Shown: positions 1 through 13,200 of the stretch, piece by piece
How the letters are laid out: every line of letters begins with the position of its first letter
Position numbering within the stretch: the first letter of the stretch is position 1
From: Laetmonice hystrix
Lineage: Eukaryota
Assembly: GCA_965235115.1 (NCBI GenBank)
Contig: OZ249436.1
Span: 18,602,001-18,666,000 of the forward strand
Reading direction: 5' to 3'
DNA: 64,000 nucleotides
Made by a program: the position numbers and the translations under genes
Notes under the pieces: model-generated
The model's input: the letters and a program-made list of their open reading frames with translations, nothing else
Database searches by the model: none
What the model was told of the DNA's origin: nothing

Positions 1-297
1 ATGAGGCTGCTCTGCCTACGTCCCGGGAATTCCGGCTCGTGCCTCACAAACAGAACGGGGAACACTCCTAGGCTAGCATATATTGCACGGGCGCTCACAC
101 AATATAATATTCTAACGCCACAACAAAGACATATCGAGAATTACCGCATATTGGTCATCTAATAAAGGTCTATATTGCACAGGTCAAATTTTGTGAATTT
201 ACTTATTATACGGAAATAAAAGATAATATTTCCAGTAAAAGTTTCCGATCTGCCGTCCTACCCATGTCATGTCGGAGAGCCCATACCAGGCACAGCA

Positions 298-1100
298 TCA
301 TGGTGGCCTACCACAGGGTACAAGGCCGGGAAGGAAACTGCCAGGGTAGGAACTAACGGATCCTGATTCTAAGGGATGAACTGCAGTAAGAAGTAAAGTT
401 TTACCTCTGAATACCAAAGCACAAAAGGCACACGTATTCAGCTGCCCCGCCAAATGCATGCAACTCAGACCGCCTTCATCCCGACACTCGAGCCACAAGG
501 AACAACACCTTCCACATTATGAGACATAATGTGTTTGAGGTCCACAGACCCTAGTGGCTCGAAGGGAGCCTAAATGAAGTATCCAGGACCAACACCAGAT
601 TCCACAACAGAGCCCTCTTGGTCCCCACCAGTCCCTGCAAGGAGAAACTCCACAGCAGGGCACTTGACTCCGGTGAAACGGACAATGACCTATAGCCTCC
701 CGCTCCATCCAACACAAGATCCGATCTAGTGGCAGTGAGACGAGCGCTTCCAGCAGATCCCTGAAAAGGTGCCACTGGCTCAGCATTGCGAACTGCAATG
801 GACGAAGGTGCAGTCTGCCCAAGTGCAGAGCCTGTGACCCCGAGTTGAGTAAACGCAACGTTGTCTGCAAACTGAGAAACCGAGGGAGAATAGTCCACAG
901 TTTCTCCTGCCACCTGGCGGTGAGAAATAGCCAGCCCAGAAGCATGTCCCAATGGAATCACGTGCTGCCAAGGTGGGGAAAGGTCCCAGATCGACCCACC
1001 CCTCACACAAAGCGCGGGACTCCCAGTTGGTTGTGGCCCGGCCTCATGGTCGCCCACCTCACGGATCAAGGGGCAAGCCTTTGTCTGCTGAGCAAATAAA
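298..1100 (-). mobile_element. Degenerate DIRS-like retrotransposon fragment (RT connection / RNase H region)
   Basis: ORF 517..945(-) contains LHLGRLHLRPLQFAMLSQWH..DLLEALVSLP, resembling the DIRS1-type RT-RNase H linker (GRLHMRPLQ..L...W). ORF 298..498(-) has DEGG..S..L...LTAVH, resembling DIRS RNase H. Frames are broken and no termini are seen. Confidence 0.6.
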
Positions 1101-1850
1101 GTCAGGTACCCTAGAGTTTTTTTTACAAAATACACTTCCCATTAAAACAATACCACGACACACACTTCGAGAATCACAAAGTGGTTCTGTGCGACCCGAA
1201 TGATATCATTTGAACTTATTTAACAAGGCACTGGCCGGACCCAGAGATAATAACAGAGATTTCTGGGTGGCAACTTGGGACTCTTTTGCCTTGCGAATTA
1301 CGGCTCACCGAAAGTCCAAGTGTTTACATCATGACAGACATTCGTCCGCATTACTTGTTGCAATGGTTGATTAGCCAACATGCCACGCACAGGGCATCAC
1401 CAATCCACTGCCATAGCTTCAGCTCAAAAACGCAGGAAACATGAACGAGATATTAGTAGATCTCGGCCTAGAATTTTTATCAGCGATGCTGGGCGCATTT
1501 ATGAGAATTGGAGCCGGGCTTGCTGACATTTCCGATTTGAGCATGGCATCAGGGTGAACAATTTAGTCGTTACTCATACTGTACCTATTGGGAAGGGTCG
1601 TCATTGTCGGTATGAAAAGTATCAAAGACTGAGAACCTCAACTGCAGGTGCACGTTTCGTCACGCCAGAGAATTCCCCCGTTTGTTCATAGTCCCAGTTC
1701 AAATGGTGTCTAAAGCCTTGACAACGGGTTGACACAGTGCACGACTGACAAAATCATGTTAATTTGTCCAGATTATCGTTTTTTTCTCAGCTAAAAGGCA
1801 CGTACATGTATTATCTATGATAATCGTTTCTGCTTGATGTTGAAAGCGTT

Positions 1851-2810
1851 TGGCTGTCATCTGACCCTCTTCCTGAGACCTGCTCAACTCGCCTGCGTCC
1901 CGTCAAGCACGAAAAACTGGAGTCAGCGCTTCAGCTGTGGATGACAGACGTTGTTTCTAAAGGGGCAGCGGTTTCAGACGCCATGCTTCAGGAGAAGGCA
2001 GAGCAGTTTAGAAAAGAACTGGGCATCACCGACCTAGGCTACTCCCGGGGTTGGCTCTGCAAATTCAAGAAACGCCATGGCATTTCCTCCCACATCTACC
2101 ATGGGGAATCCGCAAGTTCCAACCTGACAGCCGTCATCAGTGGTCGTGCAGAGCTGAAGGAAATCATCAAGCCTTACAGCCTGACTAATGTTTTCAATAT
2201 GGACGAAACAGGCCTATTCTTCAGGTAAAAACCACCAAATTGATATCTAGAAATGATATCTCAATAAAATTTCAATAAAATAAAATTTATATCACAATAA
2301 TGAATAATGTCATCCCCTAGTTTAAATAAAATTGATAAATGTCATGTCATAATTTGTGTTTTTCAGACTAGGTCCGAATGCAACACTTGCCACAGGGCCT
2401 GTTGCAGGCAAGAAAAGGAGCAAGGACCGTGTGACCCTTGCCTTGTGCTGTAATGCTGATGGATCCGAGAAACTCCGCCCATTCATCATAGGCAAGTCAA
2501 AGCGTCCCCGTTGCTTTGGAAAGACGTTTGACCCAGAGACAACCTTGAACATCCGCTACCGGTCCAATGGAAAGGCGTGGATGACATCCCGGGAGTTTGC
2601 TGAGTGGATCCATGAGCTTGATCGTTCCATGCGCCTACAGAATCGCCAGATTCTCCTCCTGGTGGACAACGCTGCGAGCCATGCCAACCCTGGAGACCTG
2701 CAGAACGTCTGCCTGCAGTACCTCCCACCCAACACAACCGCACACATTCAACCCCTGGATGGTGGCATCATAAAGAATTTCAAGGTCAACTACAAACGCC
2801 ACCTTTGCCG
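1851..2810 (+). pseudogene. Truncated pogo/Tigger (CENP-B-like HTH + DDE_1) transposase, two exons 1851-2224 and 2367-~2810
   Basis: HTH-like LESALQLWM...SRGWLCKFKKRHGI; NMDETGLFFR|LGP; KDRVTLALCCNADGSEKL; GKAWMT; LLLVDNAASH; QPLDGGII (DD30D spacing). A GT-AG intron at 2225-2366 joins the two ORFs in frame. N- and C-termini are missing. Confidence 0.85.
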
Positions 2811-3020
2811 ACATATTTGTACTTTTCAAATGCATTTGATGCTTAAAGTGCATTTTCACATTTATGTTTTCAAATAAAGTTATAATTTTTGTATTATTAC
2901 ATTGGTTTTTTTTCTTATTCTTTAATCTACATTTCTAGGACCCTGATGCATTCACTGCAACTAACAGAGAAATCTCTGACCCCCCCTATTTCTTTCATGT
3001 AAATCCATAGGTGGAGCTAC

Positions 3021-3085
3021 CTGCAATGCTTCTGGCCACTAGGTGGCAGTGTAGTCGGTAATGCACCTGGCCACTAGGTGGCAGT
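3021..3085 (+). promoter_or_regulatory. Two tandem CTCF-consensus motifs
   Basis: TGGCCACTAGGTGGCAGT at 3033-3050 and 3068-3085; the first is preceded by CTGCAATG, like the CTCF upstream motif. Motif match only. Confidence 0.5.
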
Positions 3086-4719
3086 GTAATCGGCATAAAG
3101 TAGGTCGTTCTCTAATCCGGACAATTCGACATCCGGACAAAATTAATGGGGCACCAATATGTCCAGATTAGAGAGGTCTGACTGTATAGGAAAATTGTCA
3201 ACTTTGGATGTCATTGTATTGGTTTAAAGTAAATCTGTCCGAAAATTGAAATAAACGCAGTTAATTCAACAAAACTTGAGTAAAACCAATTATTTTAAGG
3301 GGTTTCTAGCAGTCTGGTACCATGGCGCGTCCATATCGACAATATTTTTAATTAATTAATTAAGCGTTTACCTATTTGGCTAGAGACGAGAGCACACGAA
3401 TCAAATCATGCCCTTATTTGGATTATGGGGGGGGGGGAGGGGAGGGCGGGCAGTGGGAGGCAACGCATGCGCCCAATCCCGTTGCTTACCTAATTAGTAA
3501 CGACCGCCCTAACAATGCTAACGCGGTCATGGCGGTCGGTTTAGGTTCTCAGTTCATTGAGATGAAAAATATGGGATGTATCGCCTCATTATGGCTCATA
3601 ATCATCAACAGACCTAGCACAACAATGTTATGGATACGACAGAATGTTTTATCAGTCCAGTGGGATAGATTCAAGATCAGATAAGCTTGAAATACGCGGA
3701 TTCGTAGTAGATGGGGACACCCCACTTCGACAAAACTCGCAGCCGTAGGGTGATCGATTACCTTTAAGTTTGTATGTCAGGATGAAGCAACATTTGAGCT
3801 GTTCGCATTTTGCTGCTTCCAGTTTGCAAGTTCTAAGTCAGACAGGGGTTATCCTCATAATCCATTTTGAGATCTCAACAGATTTGCATCGATCTCGTTG
3901 ACCATAAATTTGTGTGGAAAAAAAACCAAGCGGAATTTCGAGGAAAATCGGAACGCCTCCATCTCTTGGGTGCACATCTGATGGTCGTCATCTGTCAGGG
4001 GGCGTTTGGTCCTAGGTTTTCTCAACACCTAGGAAAGAGAGCGGGGTGTAACGGCAAGCGGCATCACAGAGACAAAGAAACATCACCTAACAGCCCACAA
4101 AAACAGCGTAGTCAGAGCACCGAAAAACCAAACAATAAACGAAACTCACGAGAAAAACCTGAACACAAGGGTTCATACTGAAAGTTCCTTCTCGAAAATC
4201 CGTTGAAACGTTCTAACAAGAACTGACCAACAGCTACAAGAACTCCGGCACTCATGGTCAGACAAAATACGACTAGCTAGCCAGCTCACAATGGCTATAA
4301 GGCTAGCAATAAATCTCAATAAGTATGTCAGGCTATGAAGTAAGGGCGCGTATGACCTTAACAATAATTGTTTTCTCACTGCCTCATCGGATTTTTTCCA
4401 AGAAAATTCTTCGGAACATTTTTTAAAGGCCGGCCCTGTGTTCCTCTCCTTATCTCTCTGCTGGACTGACATGTTTGGTCTCCTATGGCACAGCTCTGAT
4501 TTACTGGTAACCTTGTTCTCCAAACAAACATGGCAGCGCCCACAAATGATCCGTTGCTGGTGAAAATGTACCTTGAGTGAGAATTTAACGTCCATTTGGA
4601 GTGAATGTATACTTGTTCCCTAATTTTGTGATTCCATAATATTTTGAGAGGAATGCGGATGTGGAATATATCATTCAGATGTGGAAAGATTCCCCAGAAG
4701 CGGAAGGGTTGGCAGGTAT

Positions 4720-5310
4720 GTAATTATTTAGTTTGAACACACATTAAATTGACATGCTTATGCCTTCTCTCGTCCCCAAATTTGAAAGCAATTCAGCCAA
4801 TTTTGTGCGAGTTATTGCTCTAAATATCACCAAGCGGCCATTTTGAATGATATAAAAAAATCTGCTGGACCTGCATCATCCATAGACTGTCCCTGATCGT
4901 TTTGTACTGTTTCATGCAAGATTATGTCGTTATCTTCAAATGTTGACGATAATGAAAATATGCATGACCTTGTTTGTCCTTTCAAGGTCACTCAAGGTCA
5001 TGGAAACCAAAAAGAATTACTGTGTTATCTTGCACAATTTCGAAGATATGAGCCAAAACAGTGTTATTTTGCTAAATATGTCGCATATATACATTGCCCG
5101 TCATAGGCTTCTTCTTTGCACCAAATTTGAAAAATATCAAAAATCTATTTGACATGCATTATCCTCAGACCGTCCCAGATCATTGTGTAGTTTCATACAA
5201 TCTGACAGATACACTTCTGAGAACTCGCTGTCTGCGGACGAATGTACGGACCGACGAACGGACGGAGGTCGAATTAGAGACCCCCACCCCTTCCGGTTGG
5301 GGGCTAAAAC
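4720..5310 (-). mobile_element. Partial HINE-like element (same family as 33462-34700)
   Basis: Shares blocks with 33462-34700 (TTTCAAGGTCACTCAAGGTCATGGAAA, CAGACCGTCCC, GAATTAGA...GGGGCTAAAA end) and has a GACG-type microsatellite near the end. Confidence 0.6.
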
Positions 5311-5995
5311 CCCTGGCTGATTGTGTTGTGGTCCTCTTTAGGGCTTGAACTGGAGTGGTCCACGGGAGGGTGTGGGGTGGAGGGCATTGGGTGCCTCCCC
5401 AAGTTACACCCCACCAGATGTAGGGAAAGGACACACTCCTTCCAATGAGCCTTTTAGGTCAAATCTAGCAATGCTAGCTACGCGGTATATGGTTTCTACC
5501 ACTGCATACCTGGCACATTACTTTCGAATAATAGCGTAAAATTGAGCAAAGGAAAACTAGCAGGAATACTTGATAAGGTTTGATGGATGTGTAGCACATC
5601 CATTCATGTTTGCACCACTGTGTAGTCTATAGTCTCCTTGTCGGGTCTACTCAACCGTCTGGTCCTTTCTGATTTCAACCATACATGTATCCCTAAATAC
5701 CATTAATATGCCATAACATATTGTACGTGTTTACATTTGCATGGTAAAACTCAAACCACCTCTGCATTAATAAAACCTAGCTTAAACTTAGGTTGGGGAA
5801 TGGGAGAGAACAGTATTTATGTTCTACTTTGACAAAAAGCAGTTGTCTATTGATGAGTCGAACTTTTCAAAATGTGCGTGTTTTAAAGAGTATGGAAGGT
5901 TGTATATACGCCACGTCATGCCATGTCCATGGTTTACAATTACAGCACCAAGTCATATGAACCACTTCTGACAGAATCACAGCTGAAGGAACCAG

Positions 5996-6466
5996 GGGTG
6001 CGTTTCACAACTCGTTGTCATGCATTAACCACTGGCCTGTCGTTAACTTATGAAACACATCATGTGGTGACTTTTTGCCTCGTTTTGTGTTGCAAAGGTG
6101 CCTTTTCTGCCGACGATTGTGGCGCCCTCTACCATTAAAATGCGGCATCTATCCTAGACTGTACATTGACTGTCTGTGAGATGCTCGGTCCGAATGAGCC
6201 GTCCTGCTTGATATTTGGCCCTTTTTTGGATTTTACCCATGCAATTCTTAAAAGAGGCAATATGCAGCCGAACATATCAGTATTCACATTCCAGATAAAT
6301 GGATTGATTAATTTATGAGTCTCGTTACGATGGCTTAACTACAGGACAAGAGATGTCTTTATTTCGGCCATGGCTGACAACACCATCATACATGGTTTGT
6401 GAAATGCATTTGTCGTCGACAGTCTACGACAAAGTTAACACACGACAAGGGTTGTGAAACGCACCC
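5996..6466. mobile_element. Non-autonomous DNA transposon, PIF/Harbinger-like
   Basis: TIR GGGTGCGTTTCACAAC / GTTGTGAAACGCACCC with 3-bp TSD CAG on both sides. Confidence 0.75.
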
Positions 6467-7094
6467 CAGTGTACTAGATTAGGCTGACCTACTGTATACA
6501 TAGCCCTTTTTCTATTACCAGTAGGTAGGCCTACCTCTCAGTGACTGATCATAATAAGGGCTTTCCGTCAGCTTGTACGTTTCTCTAACTCCTCTGGTCT
6601 CATTATGTAGGTCATGACCAAAAGCAAATATTGGAACGGTTTTTCATTCACCAGCTTAATAAGTGCTGCCACCTGGCGCGGGCCTCCACGTCTCTTCCTC
6701 GTTTGCTGACCTCGGTTGAAGACAGGTGATGACCATACACTCCTCCATCAACTGTCCATCTTAAATAAATCGTCTGACACGTGAGGAGCACACAGGATTG
6801 TGTGAGGCAGGCCACGTCAGAGTGCTTTTAGGCTTGCCTTCTTCACTTGCAGACTTCAGTTTGAGCACAACATGTCCATATCACACTATATTTTAACAGA
6901 CAAGTTTTGTTGGGAGTGGCAGGGAGAGGAATGATGCCCCTAAGAACCTGTCAACTGTATCAATAACTTCATCTCTCGACAGTCACACTCCGCCTGGACT
7001 CGCCACCAGCATGATGTCGCCAGCTAGCCGCCCCAGCACCCACTCCCTGTCTGCCGCCACCGCCACCAGACGGTCGGGCGTCTCCCGGCCGCCG

Positions 7095-7214
7095 TTAGGA
7101 ACTACTCTGGGAGTCCAACTGGGAACGGTCGGTGGGCATTTCGGCCAGGATCTGACCCACGTAACCGGCCACGTCCACCTCGGCCGCCTCGTACATCAGG
7201 ATGAACGGGTGTTT
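7095..7214 (-). CDS. MAP2K4: MAP2K4 exon 12 (last): KHPFILMYEAAEVDVAGYVGQILAEMPTDRSQLDSQSSS*
   Basis: Acceptor TTTCAG, stop TAA at 7097-7095; matches the MKK4 C-terminal region. Confidence 0.95.
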   Translation of the reverse strand, partial: KHPFILMYEAAEVDVAGYVGQILAEMPTDRSQLDSQSSS

Positions 7215-10200
7215 CTGAAACAGGCCACCACCCCTTTCATGGCTGGCATCCGCTGCAAGAAGCTTTCTATAGCTTTCTTTAATACATATAAATTCTTTCT
7301 ACAATTTCCAAAAATGGTTTACAAATGTTGTCATTTTGTTTCTGGTACTTACCAACAACTTGGTGTATTTAGGTCGCTGTTCTTGGTCTTTAATTAAACT
7401 GATGAAAGAATAAAAAATACTTATGGTTATGGCGGATGTGTATCACTGATTAAACCGACGAACGAATAAATAAATACTATTAGTTAAGTGCAAGGGAGTC
7501 ATATAAAGCTCTCAGGTAGAAAAAAAACCTACATCTTTAAGTTAATATAGTCATCTTTAAATTTATAGTCCCTTGTCATTAGGTTTCTACAATTTGTGCA
7601 AAAAATTCAGGTCTTCACTATTAAGAAGGGTCTCCTAATTTACACTTAATAAAGAATTTATCCTTTCAGAATCATATACGTTACAGGTAAATTATTTGGT
7701 AGTTCATTGAATTGAACACAAGTCAACTTTGAACCTCCAGATTTAGAACCAGACTTGAAATTGAACGCACCAAGTATTGACGAAGTTAATGAACTCTGCT
7801 GAGAAGCGTTCGTCATTATCCCTGAGAGTGGGTGGTTCGCCCTGCACCACCTGCGTGAGTTGCTCAAAGACTGAGCTCCACTTTGGGTATGGGAACTTCC
7901 CTGTTGCTACCTCAACCTGTAACAATGACGGAACAGGTGAGATCGAACTGTCGTGAAGACTTTATCAACAGCACACCAAACACCGTAACTCAAACAGGCA
8001 TTGCTAATACTCATTCCATCTACCACGTGTACAGATTTTGCTAAGGAACATTACTGATATCTGTAATGGCTAGAATACTGTATAATCCGCTGGCCAGGTC
8101 TGGGGGACCCTATTAGGATAGCCAGGTCTGGGGGAACCCTGTTTAGATCAGCTATGATTTCTGTTACATTGTATAAACCAACATTTGTTGCAACATACCA
8201 GAGTGATACCTAAGCTCCAAACGTCCGACCGCACATCATAACCTTTGTTTGACCTTGGGTCAATTCTCTCGGGCTGTCATTGCAAAAGAAACATTCGTTT
8301 ATGCTTCACGTTTGCCGACATTCCTATATCATAATAGTAAATCATGTCAGTTTCTCATTTTTTCAACAAATCAGCATTTTTTCCAACTAAAGGGCCATAT
8401 TCACTAAGCCACTGGCCGGCCTACGCTCTTGTAGCAACCACTTTTGTCGTTCTTGAGGACACCACTTTAGTAGTAATGTTTTGACCAGTTTTGTCACACT
8501 TGTCAAGGCCACGACTTTTGTCCCACTACTCTGCCCACTTTTGTCACACCGAACATTTCACCCTAAACCCCCTCATTTCTGCCAAAATCTACTTTTTCAC
8601 CCAGCCAATAAAAAGACGGAGAGCTTGATTGGAGGTGGCCAGGGTGTAAGAGCCAGACTGTGCCGGGGACCAGGGTGTGAGGTAGGTGTGTGGGGAGGTA
8701 GGCGCGCTACTATAATACTATAATAATTTTAGCTTTCTAAATTATATCACACCAGCAAATATATTGGGCTACCACCATGAATCACAGTGGTACAGACCTG
8801 CCTATCCTGTTTTCAACCATGGTGTACAATGACCCTTAAAAAAAACATAAATTTGGACCTTGTGGTGCCATAAACAGCTATTATGATGAATACGCTGTCG
8901 ATAGTTTTCTTATGGAGAAAAATCAGCCTGTGTATCTGGGCCTTTACACATAAACATCCACAGAGACAACAGAAAGACTCGAGTGACCAGCCAATGCTGG
9001 GCTTGAACTTTATTTTAGTAAAGGAATAACTCCAAAGAAAAGTTTTCATCCAAACTTAACTCTTCAAATTTAATAGGAAATTATTATGTTTGGAAATTTT
9101 ACAAAACATAATCAGATTACATTCAATCACATGGGGAGACTAGAGACTTATTCTAGAGGGAGCCAAGTTGGCAAATCGTATTTTTGACATTTAGAAAAGG
9201 TAAAGTAACAGCGCACAAACAGGTTTAAAAATCATACATTGTACGCCAGAATTGTACAAGTAGGCAGGTAGCCCAGGAGGAGGAGGAGAAGGGGGGAGGA
9301 GGAGGAGGAGGAGGGGGAGGAGGGGGGTGGAGGGGGAGGAGGAGGAGAAGGAGGAGGAGATTTTTGGGGTGAAAACTAGATTTTTAGGAGGAAATATTCG
9401 GTATGACAAAAGTGGGCAGAGTGGTGCATGACAAAAGTCGTGGCCTTGACAAGTTTGACAAAACTGGTCAGAAAATTATGACTAACGTGGTGTCCTCAAG
9501 AATGACAAAAGTGAGCGATTTTGTGACAAAAGTGGTGACCTGTGACAAAAGTGTGGCAGAATTTTTGAGCCCTGATCCTCTCTATCCCTCTCCAAAACCA
9601 TTATAGTTCTGGCTCGGGGGGGGGGGGGGAGGGGAGTTCGTGTACATGTTCTTTTAGAGACTTACTTTAGATTTTCTTGTTCAATATGCCAAAACCTTCA
9701 GAAAAATTTTGGGCAACACTCCCAGATCAAGTACGTTTTCTCTACAAACCCCAGCTAAGATTTTGTGTTAGTGCCAAGGGCCTGAACTGATGATATTCAA
9801 GTTTCATGGAATATATCGTTATTTGACAGCAATAAATTATTTATTTTGATATAATTCAATTGGTTGGGTATTCTTAACACTTTTTAGCATAAGTCATTGC
9901 CCTAAACCTTGATTTACCATACAAAACGGGGATATTTTGCTAATTTTTGATAGCACTTATTAAAATATTTGCCAACTAAGAAGTCATCAAACTTGGAATT
10001 ATGTTCAAATTGAAAGCAATTTTCTGCTAAAATTAAGTCAATTTTGTGTTTGTGCTTGTCTTTTTGTACTACAAACCAAGACTTAAAGAAAATGGTGGCC
10101 TGAGTAGGCCTAATGATATGGCTGCCAAGTGGCCATATTGGAACTGGAAGAAAAAATCCTTCGAAGTGCATCATGCCACAAGGTTAATTGATCTTCAGTT

Positions 10201-13200
10201 AAAATATGAAAATGATTGGACCATGCGTTTTTGCGATATCGCTGTCCATGGAGGAACAGAAAAAATCTTCCAGCGTGCATCATGGCACAAAGGTACTTGA
10301 TCTTGTGTTCTCCCAGTCCTAGCCGTGCCCTCCCTATAGAGAACAATGGATTAACACCGTGCTGATGACACAATTACTAACAATTGTAGAGCGTCTCGGT
10401 CCTCGTGCTGTGATCTGGGGCCACACACTAAAAATCATGTTTAAACCCTTAGTTAAAATATGAAAAGGACTGGACAGAGGATGAATTAGAAGCCATCATT
10501 TCATTGCATGGGACAACACAACCTCCCCCCCCCCCCACCTTCCCGAGCCTATACTAATATTTATAAACACATGGCTACTTACTGCCATGTAAGGCCTGCA
10601 GCCAGCGTCCCGGGTTTTGGCAATGGAATCGACCAGCTGACCACTGATGCCAAAGTCACACAACTTGATGTTGCCTGTCTTGTCAAGCAGGATATTTGAC
10701 GGTTTCACATCTGATGAAGAGAATGGACATTTCTAATGAAGGTTGTGAATTCAATATTTAGCCAAAGTAAGCAGTTTCTGCAGTGGACCTACCACTACTC
10801 ATTTAGGTGGGTGGTACCAAGATTGAGAGCTAGTTTCATTCAACATGTCAGAATTCAAGCTGACTTTAAGACACCAGTTTAAGATATGTACATTTATTGC
10901 AATGGCAGTAATATATGGTGGTACCAGAATATATTACCAGTAGGTCAAAATGGAACATTGTGACGTTTTCTGCCACTCCTAACATATATTACATGTACTC
11001 ACCTCTATGAATTATTTTCAATTTATCCTTCAAATAGCTCAATGCTTTTAGGGTCTGAAATTGAATAAATTATGAAAACTGAGAGCAAAGCAGGCTTCTA
11101 TCATTTCTAAAGTTTTATAGCAATGAAAAAAGTTCCTTCAGTACTTCCTTACTGACAGATGGAAAAAAATATCAGTAGTATTCACACTCAGTTGAGTACA
11201 CGTTCACCTGATCACAACTTAGGGCAAAAGCAATATCCATTGAATTTCCTAAGGAGTGATATGCATTCACAAAGATTTATATTTATCCATTAAATTTAAG
11301 ACCACAGTTGATCAGATCTGTCATGTTGCACGAATTCTCAGCGGATAGTCAGTGGATTGGCCAGGAAGATGTTTACTTACCGCTACTGTAATTTTTCCTA
11401 GAATGTTCTCTGGTATCCTATTTTGCATGGGGCCATAGACGTACTTGTAAAACTTATCCAGAGACACAGACATCAATTCCATACAAATCCAGCAATCACC
11501 CTGAAAAACATGTGGGGCAGAAAACTTTTGGTCACTTTCACTTTCATCAGAAATAACGGAACACAGAAAAAAACACACAAAAGAAATCAAGTACGAACAA
11601 AGGAAAACTATATGAAAGACTTCAGAGCAACTTGCCATCTACTCACATAAAATAAAAGGTGGCTGTCTGGTTTAAAATGAAAGTCATGAGAAATCCAACA
11701 AAGTCACTTTCCTAGATGGAGAAACATGTGGCAAATGTGATGTAGCTATACAATCACCTTACTCTGTCATTTCGCACATCTGATGAACATAGATAGAGAA
11801 AGTGGTGTAGATTTCAAAGATCAAAGAAAAAAATGGAGGTCCTGAACTACTTTTTGAGATAAACGTGAATTTTTGTTTCTGGCTGAAAAAATGGGGAAAA
11901 TCAACATTTTTCCTGGCGTACATTATGGTTAGAAGTCTTATTCCTCTGAACCTTCAAGAATGATACTAAAGATCCTGGTCACAAAATTATAGCACACTAA
12001 AACATATTTGTAAAGCAAAAGGGAAACAAAAAGAAATATCAGATAAAAAAATAGGACCAAGTGTCCTGTAGCTTACCAGAAAACGGTTTTAGTTAAACTA
12101 AACTAAAAGCTAAATAAACTAAAAGGCACATATATACCCCTTGAGCTCAGCACAGACTAAAACAGATATTAATACGAGAAACTCTGATTGCCAAGCAATA
12201 CAGGTAGGCTCCCATTTCCTCAATTGTTTTCTATCATTACCTACATTTTTTCTCTACTTTAATTTGACTGTCCTGTGATTCAGCCAACTGTGGAACCATC
12301 CACACCAACCTGCTGGCTTTCTTGATGCGATTCTACCACAAACCATTGACAGGCTGTGCAGAAATAGGTACATAAGGACGATATTCATAACCAGGCAGCT
12401 ACCTTCAAGGAATACTTTTCTTGAGCTAATTCATAGAATAGAATTGAAGAAGGCATAATTCTACAACCCATGTTATTTTTTAACATAAAACAGTTTATAT
12501 TATATTGTCAAAAAGAACTTTAATGCAGATTCATAGTCGCCGCCATTGACGCACCGCGCGCCCTCTTGCGGCAATAATAGCAATGACTTGGCTACATCTT
12601 TGACTACGTCACGAAGGGACACACTTAGCCCTGAATATGCCTCGGCGCTCGTTAAACAAGTGTTGATAAGTAGGCGGTCTGCTCATGTGGCAAATAGGGA
12701 CCTGTTAAATAAGTTTAGGTAGCAATGATATCTAGTTCTATAGTGGATTAATTTTAATAGTGCCAAACAAAAGTGGGAGGGGTTCGTCAGAACCCTGGAA
12801 CCCCGCCCACTCCCTCGGCTACATCCGTGATCCATAGCCATAGGCATAAGGAAAAAAAAATAGGCCGAAAATAGGGCCTAGCCGGTTTCCGAGATTATAA
12901 GCTATGGAGGTACACGTATGTAGGGCCGTAGCTAGAAATTTCTGAGTGGGGCGGGGGGTGGAGTAGCAGTAGCAGTATCAGAATCACAGAATCACCTGAA
13001 ATCCAGAAATCTTCCCAGGTGACCATCTCAGATTTTTATGATTTTTTGTTTACAGGTACCTCCATATGTGTGACGAACACATGCAAAATCTTTTGCTCCA
13101 ACTCCCAGTAGTTTTCCAGAAATTAATTTTCAAAGTTTGTGTGTCAGTGCAGACTTTATATGTAGAAAGTCATTTTTGTGTTTTTTCCCATTTTCAAAGC

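Larger units (their letters stand above)
1851..3184 (+). mobile_element. pogo/Tigger DNA transposon remnant (5' end missing, 3' TIR present)
   Basis: Transposase remnant 1851-~2810; 3' TIR ...GTCCAGATTAGAGAGGTCTGACTG ends at 3184 followed by TA. No matching 5' TIR found. Confidence 0.85.

Noticed and set aside
3560..4600. GC-balanced stretch with ORFs 3867..4181 and 4173..4595; faint likeness to a His-Me/zinc-loop motif on the minus strand
   Set aside because: Multiple stops and no convincing motif; probably a decayed element I cannot name.
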